A stretch of 23,835 nucleotides of DNA from Promethearchaeota archaeon (GTDB lineage Archaea; Asgardarchaeota; Lokiarchaeia; Sigyniarchaeales; SOKP01), in NCBI GenBank assembly GCA_048939015.1, contig JBHLPW010000068.1:1-23835 (forward strand), read 5' to 3'. Made by a program: the position numbers and the translations under genes. The notes beneath the pieces were generated by a model. That model saw only the letters and a list, made by a program, of their open reading frames with translations. It was not told where the DNA came from and ran no database searches. Each line of letters starts with the position of its first letter. Positions within the stretch are counted from its first letter, which is position 1. Of this stretch, positions 17,039 through 23,835 are shown one piece after another.

Positions 17039-17057
17039 TGAAAATGAGTGATAGACA

Positions 17058-17813
17058 ATGCTGATTTGGATTATTATATTTAGCATTCTTGGGAGTGTTG
17101 GAGCTATTATTATTGCTGCAATTTTTGTGTTCTTAGGTGATAAGATCCAAAAAGCGCTTATTCCTACCCTTATTGCTTTTGCTACGGGGGTTTTATTGGC
17201 TGTTGCGTTTTTAGGTTTAATTCCTGAATCAATTGAAAAAGTTGGAGAACCTCATTTAATTATGCCTTTCATTTTAGGAGGAATCCTCTTTTTCTTTATA
17301 ATGGAAAAGATTGTGATTTGGAGGAATTGTCGTGATAATACCTGTGAGGTTCATTCACATGCTTCTGGTCCAATTATCCTTCTAGGGGATTCTTTACATA
17401 ATCTTACAGACGGAATTGTAATAGCTGCGGCTTTTTTAGGTGGATTGAATCTTGGAATTGTTGCAGGATTGACGATTATAATTCATGAAATATCACATGA
17501 AACAGCAGATTTTGGTATTCTCCTGCATTCAGGGTATTCAAAGAAAAAAGCTTTTGTTTATAATATGATCTCAAGCTTTCCTACTATCCCTGCTTCGATT
17601 CTTTCATTTTTCATATTAGGTGTGCTAGAATCCATTGTCCCATTTTTTTTGGCGATATCAGCAGCAAGTTTCATATACATAGCCCTTTCTGATTTAACTC
17701 CAGATCTCCATAAACACTCAGATTTTAAATATATTATTCGTCAACTAGCAACAATTTTTATTGGAATATTATTAATGGCATTGATTTTATCAATAGGAGG
17801 ACATAATCATTAG
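17058..17813 (+). CDS. ZIP-family (ZupT-like) divalent metal transporter, copy 2
   Basis: GDSLHNLTDG, HEISHETADF, YIALSDLTPDL. Confidence 0.93.
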   Translation: MLIWIIIFSILGSVGAIIIAAIFVFLGDKIQKALIPTLIAFATGVLLAVAFLGLIPESIEKVGEPHLIMPFILGGILFFFIMEKIVIWRNCRDNTCEVHSHASGPIILLGDSLHNLTDGIVIAAAFLGGLNLGIVAGLTIIIHEISHETADFGILLHSGYSKKKAFVYNMISSFPTIPASILSFFILGVLESIVPFFLAISAASFIYIALSDLTPDLHKHSDFKYIIRQLATIFIGILLMALILSIGGHNH

Positions 17814-17849
17814 TTATTTATCTTAATTATTAAAAAATAATGTTATCAG

Positions 17850-18263
17850 ATGTTAGATATTGATTTTCAGGTTTTGAAAGAGCTGTTTAAAAACAGTGCT
17901 TTGAAGGTAGGAGATCTGGCAAAAAAACTTAATCATCCTCATTCAACAGTAGGGAGTTGTGTTAAAAGATTGGAAAACAATGGATATGTAAATTATGAAC
18001 GATATAAACCAGTTTCTCTGACAACAAAAGGAAGAGATCTCACAATTGAGTTAAAACGCCATGCACATCTTCTAGAAATGCTTTTAGTTAATGAACTCGA
18101 AATAGAAGCTGATAATGCTCATGCTGAATGCGAAAAAATCAATTTACTGTTTTCATGTAACATAATCAATAAAATTTGCGAGAGATATGACCATCCAAAA
18201 GAATGTTCTTGTGGCGAGGAGATTTTAAATTCTTCGGAGTGTTTCTGCAAAAAGAATATTTAA
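17850..18263 (+). CDS. DtxR/MntR-family metal-dependent transcriptional regulator
   Basis: wHTH (DLAKKL..STV..VKRLENNGYVNYERYKPVSLTTKG), RHAHLLE.LLV..L, AHAEC, HPKEC..G. Confidence 0.88.
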   Translation: MLDIDFQVLKELFKNSALKVGDLAKKLNHPHSTVGSCVKRLENNGYVNYERYKPVSLTTKGRDLTIELKRHAHLLEMLLVNELEIEADNAHAECEKINLLFSCNIINKICERYDHPKECSCGEEILNSSECFCKKNI

Positions 18264-18267
18264 TGTT

Positions 18268-18753
18268 TTATTTAATTATATCTTTAGAAGCATAAGCCAT
18301 TAAAATTTTACCGTAAAAATAATGGTGGCTGCTAAGGTTTGATTTATTCGTATGAATAATTTGACACTCATAACTTAAAATACAATCTTTTATAGTAGGT
18401 ACTTTTGTTTTTTTACCGGGAATTGTGTCCATTCCTAATTTTTTGAATTTATCGGTGTTTCTCCCCGAATATGAACCTGCTATATCGATTGCTTCATAAT
18501 TATTCTCATGTGGTATATTAACAGTAAATTCATTTATTCCTTCAGTTAGTAATTGATAAGTATAACGACTATATGCTACTTGTGCTCTAATAACAGGTTG
18601 ACCATCAAAATCTTCAATAGTCTTCCAATCTAATGCCATAACATTAAGTTTTCCATTTTTATCCATTGAAACCATTAAGGCTGTATTTCTCTTAAAATAC
18701 TCAATATAATCATATGGCCCAATTTCTTGTCTATTACTATCCACTTTTATCAA
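18268..18753 (-). CDS. Flavin reductase-like (DIM6/NTAB family) protein
   Basis: G.LNVM...W, SRYT, EFTVNIP, GSYSGRNTDKF, P.I.DC...YEC, HHYFYGKI. The true start is probably TTG 18753 or GTG 18744 rather than ATG 18828. Confidence 0.88.
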   Translation of the reverse strand: MIKVDSNRQEIGPYDYIEYFKRNTALMVSMDKNGKLNVMALDWKTIEDFDGQPVIRAQVAYSRYTYQLLTEGINEFTVNIPHENNYEAIDIAGSYSGRNTDKFKKLGMDTIPGKKTKVPTIKDCILSYECQIIHTNKSNLSSHHYFYGKILMAYASKDIIK

Positions 18754-18846
18754 TCTAATATTTGTACTTTGGTAAGATAAAATCGCATAAATTAAGGTTT
18801 GATTTATTTTTATATATAACTTTATCATATACTATTATAAAAATTA

Positions 18847-19104
18847 TTAATCGTCATCATCATAATCATCATCATCGTCATCATCATCATCGTCATCATC
18901 ATCATCATCGTCATCATCATCTTCGTCATCATCATCTTCAGCATCTTCAATGATTTCATACTCTTCAGCATCTTTATAACAGTTTTTACAATAAGGTCTT
19001 CCACCTACGTAAATTGCTTTTTTTTTTCGCATTTCCTTTTCGCAATTTTCACAATAAACAATATCTTCATCCTCATCATATCTTCCTATAGCGAACACCT
19101 CCAT
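18847..19104 (-). CDS. Small C4 zinc-finger (LIM-like treble clef) protein with poly-Asp tail
   Basis: CENC-x17-CKNC within a GRPYCKNCY context, followed by more than 30 almost purely acidic residues. Confidence 0.8.
   Translation of the reverse strand: MEVFAIGRYDEDEDIVYCENCEKEMRKKKAIYVGGRPYCKNCYKDAEEYEIIEDAEDDDDEDDDDDDDDDDDDDDDDDDDYDDDD
18850..18949 (-). repeat. Coding (GAT/GAC)n trinucleotide repeat encoding poly-Asp
   Basis: (TCA)n on the + strand with TCG interruptions roughly every 15-18 nt. Confidence 0.9.
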
Positions 19105-19222
19105 ATTTAATATAAGGAATCATACTTCGATAATTAAACTATTTTTTTTCTATAATTTAGATTACATTTTAAAATATTATTGAATAAGAAAAAAAAAAAT
19201 TTAAGTATTTTTTGAATAATAT

Positions 19223-20260
19223 TTAAAGAATATATGAATAAGCTTCTTTTAACCTTTTTTCAGCACCTTTAACAATATCATTAATAATATCTTCAACGTT
19301 TTCTATCGAATTAATCATGCCTATACTTTGACCTAAAAGAACTGCACCATCAATTATATTCCCATCATAAGTTATTTCATAAAATTTCTGATCTTCTAGT
19401 GCCATTGCTGGAGTTATTTTTGCTTCTAGAGCTAGTTTCTCATCTTTACTTGAAATAACTCCATGATGTAGAGAATAATTATTTTTCCAAAGTCGTATTG
19501 GACCAAGGACTCCTGTTACATATATTGTATCAGTGGATTTCGCAGAGGGTACAATGTTTTTGTAATTATCATGAAACTCACTTTCTTTTGAAGCAATAAA
19601 CCTTGAACCCATAGCAATTGCTCCCGCACCCATTGCTAATGCTGAAGCTAAACCTTCTCCACTTGCAAAACCTCCACATGCAACAATTGGTAAGTCTGGA
19701 TGCTCTCGTTTGACTTGTTGAATGAGGACTAACGTACTTATTTTTTCGTAAGATTGATGACCTCCACCTTCATATCCAGTTAATACAACGCCATCAACTC
19801 CGGCATCAATACACTTATCAGCAAGCCATAAAGCGGGAGCAACATGAAAATGTTTAATGTTAGATCCGCTTTCTTTTAATCTTATAAATGGTTTTGTTTT
19901 TGGTAATGTTTTTGGTGACCCTGCACTCGTCACAGCATAAACACATTGATCCTTTATTTTTGGATTTTCCATAATAAATCTTGATATTCCTCGACAAAGT
20001 CCGGGAGCATCTAATTGCAGTCTAGACGTCCTTATATTAAAACCAAAAGGCTTATCAGTATGTTCAACCACGAATTCCATATTATTTTTCATTTCCTCTA
20101 AACTACTCTTCCCGAAGAGATTGGTATGGCTTAATACTCCTAAACCTCCTGCTTCAGAAACTGCAACAGTTAACTCTTTTGTATAAAAAGGACCCATAGG
20201 AGCGGCGATTATCGGATGCTTAATTCCGAGCATCTCAGTTATAGTTGTTTTTAATCCCAT
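19223..20260 (-). CDS. Nitronate monooxygenase / FabK-like FMN-dependent oxidoreductase
   Basis: LGIKHPII.APM, VSEAGGLG, TDKPFGFN, GYEGGGH, GGF..G.GLASALAMGA....MGSRF.AS.ES, GQSIG.I. Confidence 0.9.
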   Translation of the reverse strand: MGLKTTITEMLGIKHPIIAAPMGPFYTKELTVAVSEAGGLGVLSHTNLFGKSSLEEMKNNMEFVVEHTDKPFGFNIRTSRLQLDAPGLCRGISRFIMENPKIKDQCVYAVTSAGSPKTLPKTKPFIRLKESGSNIKHFHVAPALWLADKCIDAGVDGVVLTGYEGGGHQSYEKISTLVLIQQVKREHPDLPIVACGGFASGEGLASALAMGAGAIAMGSRFIASKESEFHDNYKNIVPSAKSTDTIYVTGVLGPIRLWKNNYSLHHGVISSKDEKLALEAKITPAMALEDQKFYEITYDGNIIDGAVLLGQSIGMINSIENVEDIINDIVKGAEKRLKEAYSYIL

Positions 20261-20574
20261 TTGCTTATACCATTTTTAACTCGTTATAATATCTATAATA
20301 ATATGATAATATTGATAGGGAGAAAAAAGAAAAGAATATAAATTTTTTATCGTTTTAAAAATGACTTTTAGATATATTTCTCTTTAAACTAAGATGTTTT
20401 AAAACAATTTTCCCAAAAAGACCTCCGTCTATAATGTGTTCGAGATTGTTTAACTAAATATATTTAAATATAAGTTCCATTTCTGTTTTAATAAATCAAA
20501 AAATACATAAGAGTTTTCATTACCCAGAAACCTATCATTAAAAATTCTTGATCTTTTTTTAGGCGATTATTAAG

Positions 20575-21573
20575 TTGGAAGGAACGATTAGTTTAAAATT
20601 GGTTTTATTAGGAGAAGCGAATGTAGGAAAAACTTCAATTATTAATTCATATTTAGGAAAAGAATTTCCTGATCAATATTTACCCACAATTGGGAATTAT
20701 ACAGCTAAAAAGGAATATAATATAAAAGAAAAAGATATTATTGTAAATGTTACAGTATGGGATGCCGGAGGTCAAAGATCATTTAATCCCTTTAGTCGTA
20801 CTTTATATACCAATATTGATTGTGCTCTTTTAGTTTTTGATTTAACAAAGCCCAAAGAGACCTTCCTAAATCTAAAAAAGGAATTCTTAGAAAATATTAA
20901 TCAGTATTCCGAAGATGTTGTATCAGTTCTAGTTGGAAATAAAATAGATTTATTAACTAGCAATGAAAAACTTATAATAACATTAAAAGAGCTGATGAGT
21001 AAAAGAGATCATATATATTTAACTTCAGCAAAAACTGGTATAGGTATTATTCAGTGTTTTGAATTATTGATCTATACTTTTTTAAGAAAATCGGAATTAA
21101 TGGATCCAGATCTAGTTCCTAGCAATACATCAAAAGCCTTTTTAAAATTGATTGGGAAGAATGATGAAGAATTAAAGGAACAATTATGGAACTTATCTAA
21201 TATTGATACAGTTTTAGAAAAAGTGAAAATAAAGCCAAAAGTTAAAAAAGAAACCGAAGATGAGAAAGAAATCAAAGAATTGAAATACTATGATTTCCTG
21301 ATACAACAATTAGAAAAAAATGAATCTCAAAAAAATGAAGTTATGGATCAATTTTTAATTAATCTAACAGAGCTTGGAAAAACAATTAATCATATCCAAA
21401 AATCCCATTCTAAATCAGCAGAAAATTTAGTTGAAAGTTTAAAAGATCTCTTTATAACCACTAAGAAAGATTTTGAATCTAATATAGAATTAATATCAAA
21501 ATTAAACATCGAGGAATTTGAATTAGTGAAAATAATATCAAAAGTAAAAGAAGAGCAATTAGCCCAACTTTAA
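20575..21573 (+). CDS. Rab-like small GTPase with long C-terminal helical extension
   Basis: G1 GEANVGKTS, G2 PTIG, G3 WDAGGQ, G4 NKID, G5 SAK, followed by about 160 aa of charged helical sequence. Confidence 0.9.
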   Translation: MEGTISLKLVLLGEANVGKTSIINSYLGKEFPDQYLPTIGNYTAKKEYNIKEKDIIVNVTVWDAGGQRSFNPFSRTLYTNIDCALLVFDLTKPKETFLNLKKEFLENINQYSEDVVSVLVGNKIDLLTSNEKLIITLKELMSKRDHIYLTSAKTGIGIIQCFELLIYTFLRKSELMDPDLVPSNTSKAFLKLIGKNDEELKEQLWNLSNIDTVLEKVKIKPKVKKETEDEKEIKELKYYDFLIQQLEKNESQKNEVMDQFLINLTELGKTINHIQKSHSKSAENLVESLKDLFITTKKDFESNIELISKLNIEEFELVKIISKVKEEQLAQL

Positions 21574-21616
21574 TAGAACTCTTACCTAAAAAAAAAAGAA
21601 TATATAAGCGAAATGG

Positions 21617-22531
21617 ATGAATAAAATGTCAGAAGAAATTAATTTAAAAGATTATCAAAAGCTAAAGGAACAATTAAACAAACTTGATCAAAAATCTACT
21701 GAACAATTTAAAAAGATTCCACAAAATGTAAATGAACAGGTCAATAAATTAGATAAAAAATTAACGGATCAATTAAATAATTTAAACAGGAATATAAGCG
21801 ATAATATTAATTCAATCGAGAAGAAATTATCTGAACAATTCAATAAATTTGATCAAAAAATGAATGAACAGATAACACAATTAGATCAGAAAGTAGATAC
21901 ACAAGGAGATATAATTAATAGGAAAATTGAAGATTTAGTGAATACTTTTGAAGAGGAATTAAAAGAAAAATTCACTACCCTTGATAAGAAATTGGAAGAT
22001 AATTTAAAAGATATTAGGTTTGAAATATCAGAAAAATTAGAAACTACTAATTTAAAATTAAATAATCATGTAGTTAATTTTGAAAATGAAATAAACACTT
22101 TTAATAAAAATATAAAAGATCTTAAGAAAGAATTTTTTGATAGACTAAACGCTTTTAGACAAGAATTTGATACTAAAGAGGATGTACTTAGAGACATGTT
22201 CAAAAAATTCAATGAAGAAACAATAGAATATCAAAATAATCTTAAACCAGTACTAGAGGATCTTAAAAGTGAGCAGGATTTAGTTAAGATAACTGTGGAT
22301 GTACTTAAAAAGCAAATACACGAAAGTGCTAAAGAATGGATTGATGAAGAGATAAAACTGGCTTGTAAAAACAAAGAGAGAGAGATTCTAATGAATTTAT
22401 GGATCGATGAAATGAAAAGTATAATTAATAACTTAGACAATTTGAAAAAGTTACATCCAAAAGAATTAAAACTTCATATTAATGAAATTTCAAGCACAAT
22501 TGAATCCTTTAAACAAAAATTCATAAAATGA
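21617..22531 (+). CDS. Coiled-coil protein with 11-residue (hendecad) repeats
   Basis: About 13 consecutive 11-mers such as EQLNKLDQKST, EQVNKLDKKLT, EQFNKFDQKMN. Confidence 0.75.
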   Translation: MNKMSEEINLKDYQKLKEQLNKLDQKSTEQFKKIPQNVNEQVNKLDKKLTDQLNNLNRNISDNINSIEKKLSEQFNKFDQKMNEQITQLDQKVDTQGDIINRKIEDLVNTFEEELKEKFTTLDKKLEDNLKDIRFEISEKLETTNLKLNNHVVNFENEINTFNKNIKDLKKEFFDRLNAFRQEFDTKEDVLRDMFKKFNEETIEYQNNLKPVLEDLKSEQDLVKITVDVLKKQIHESAKEWIDEEIKLACKNKEREILMNLWIDEMKSIINNLDNLKKLHPKELKLHINEISSTIESFKQKFIK

Positions 22532-22598
22532 GGTTTTAAGATAATTTTTATTTGCCAATAAATCTTTTTTGAAAATAAATAATTTAGAAAAAGATTAA

Positions 22599-23573
22599 AT
22601 GGTGAAAATGTGTCCTGATATTATTTCTCTTGGTGAATTACTCGTAGAAATCATTCGAGAAAAAAAAGATACTCCACATGGAATACTTGGAGCTGTTTAT
22701 AAAGGACCATTCCCAAGCGGAGCACCAGCAATTTATATAGACACGGCGGCTCGTATGGGAAAGAATTTTAATTTTACAGCTGGATTTATTGGAGTAATTG
22801 GAAAGGATGAGTTTGGAGCTTGTATTGTTGAAAAACTAAAATTAGATGGAATTGATACGACCCATATTAGAATCATAGAAAAATTAACAACTGGAATTGC
22901 TTTCAATCAATATAATTCTGATGGATCTCGAAAGTTCATATTTGCTAAAGGTGCTGCGGGAGAAACATCTCCCGATGATGTGAAAGTAGAATTCTTCAAG
23001 GATGTAAAAAATCTCCATATTATAGGAAGTGCGCTTTCCATTAGTAAAAAGTCTCGAGAAGCATGCTATAAAGCAATCAAGATTGCTAAAAAATCTAATC
23101 CAAATGTAATAATCTCATTTGATCCAAATCTTAGACCTGAAATGTTAGATACTGCAAGTATTTTAGAAGTAAGCATGCCCGTGTTAAGTACCTCCCAAAT
23201 TTTACTTCCAAGCGGGAAGGAAGCTGAAATGTTAGCTGGAGTAAAAGGTGCCAAAAATGCTTGCCAAAAATTATTAAAAATGGGCCCTAAGATAGTTGTA
23301 TTAAAACAAGGAAAAGAGGGATGTATAATTTTTACTTCTGATGAACTTGACGGTCAAAAAGTAAAAGGATTTAAAGCAATCGAAAGAGATCCTACTGGAG
23401 CTGGAGATTCTTTTGGAGGAGCATTTATTATAGGATATTTAGCTGGTTGGGATTTAATAAAAACTGCAACCTTCGCTAATGCTGTGGGAGCACTCAAAGT
23501 CGAATTTTTTGGACCAATGACAAATACTACATATGAAAATGTAATAAAATTTATGGATGAACATGAAATATAA
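22599..23573 (+). CDS. PfkB/ribokinase-family sugar kinase
   Basis: LGELLVE, SGAPA, G.IGKDEFG, FDPNLR, KQGKEG, DPTGAGDSF, ANAVGA. Confidence 0.95.
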   Translation: MVKMCPDIISLGELLVEIIREKKDTPHGILGAVYKGPFPSGAPAIYIDTAARMGKNFNFTAGFIGVIGKDEFGACIVEKLKLDGIDTTHIRIIEKLTTGIAFNQYNSDGSRKFIFAKGAAGETSPDDVKVEFFKDVKNLHIIGSALSISKKSREACYKAIKIAKKSNPNVIISFDPNLRPEMLDTASILEVSMPVLSTSQILLPSGKEAEMLAGVKGAKNACQKLLKMGPKIVVLKQGKEGCIIFTSDELDGQKVKGFKAIERDPTGAGDSFGGAFIIGYLAGWDLIKTATFANAVGALKVEFFGPMTNTTYENVIKFMDEHEI

Positions 23574-23632
23574 AATTATTTTTGTGGTATATTTAAATGA
23601 AAAAAGAATTAGAAAATATATAATATTTAAGA

Positions 23633-23717
23633 GGGGAGAGTGAGTCTGTTCAAAACGCGAATCATAGATAAAGTATTACCGATATCGTCCAATCCGGTCA
23701 AAAGCCTCACAATCCCC
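23633..23717. ncRNA. Candidate structured non-coding RNA of unknown family
   Basis: 85-nt GC-elevated island with complementary ends GGGGA-GA-GTGAG ... CTCAC-AA-TCCCC and an internal ACCGAT...AT(C)CGGT hairpin. Strand unresolved. Confidence 0.45.
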
Positions 23718-23835
23718 ATGATATTTCATTTAGAGATTTAGGAAAATCCAATTATCCATTTAAAACATAATCATATATAAATTTATTCATTCATTTTATT
23801 CTACTGCCCTATTTTATGAAAGAAAAAATCAACAT

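Noticed and set aside
18762-18953. 63-aa poly-His ORF on the + strand, tempting as a metal-binding protein near the ZIP operon
   Set aside because: It is the antisense shadow of the poly-Asp repeat. The - strand ORF has a coherent zinc finger and a Shine-Dalgarno-like signal.
20399-20426. GGAGGT followed by a five-codon - strand mini-ORF (TTG GGA AAA TTG TTT TAA) upstream of the nitronate monooxygenase gene
   Set aside because: Too short to distinguish from chance. It could be a gene remnant but has no further support.
3775-23254. Other short overlapping ORFs in the track (3775-3993, 11087-11377, 12889-13095, 14100-14384, 16538-16726, 21072-21275, 22231-22440, 23066-23254)
   Set aside because: All lie antisense to longer, motif-supported genes and show no independent coding signal.
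23633-23717. tRNA, SECIS or C/D box sRNA identity for the structured element
   Set aside because: No T-arm consensus in a cloverleaf context, no non-Watson-Crick GA quartet or nearby in-frame TGA gene, and no RUGAUGA/CUGA boxes.

Overview
AT-rich (roughly 27-30% GC by eye), gene-dense archaeal DNA that reads like an Asgard archaeon, probably Lokiarchaeia/Promethearchaeota. Archaeal housekeeping genes (archaea-specific Ski2-like helicase, DRG/TGS GTPase, FolD, ThrC-like, PfkB, ZIP pair with a DtxR-like regulator) are mixed with several eukaryote-signature-type proteins. These are an actin-family protein with a ~130-aa double zinc-ribbon insertion, a longin-like protein, a Rab-like GTPase with a long helical tail next to an 11-residue-repeat coiled-coil protein, an SSUH2-like zinc-finger protein and a LIM-like finger with a poly-Asp tail. 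Beyond the ORF track I found an unlisted 53-aa SAM-like microprotein, two divergent genes that appear to start at ATT, a palindromic candidate operator, a duplicated promoter-like element and an 85-nt GC-elevated structured element (candidate ncRNA). No rRNA, tRNA, CRISPR array or mobile element was recognised. All family assignments come from motif recognition by eye, not from database searches.
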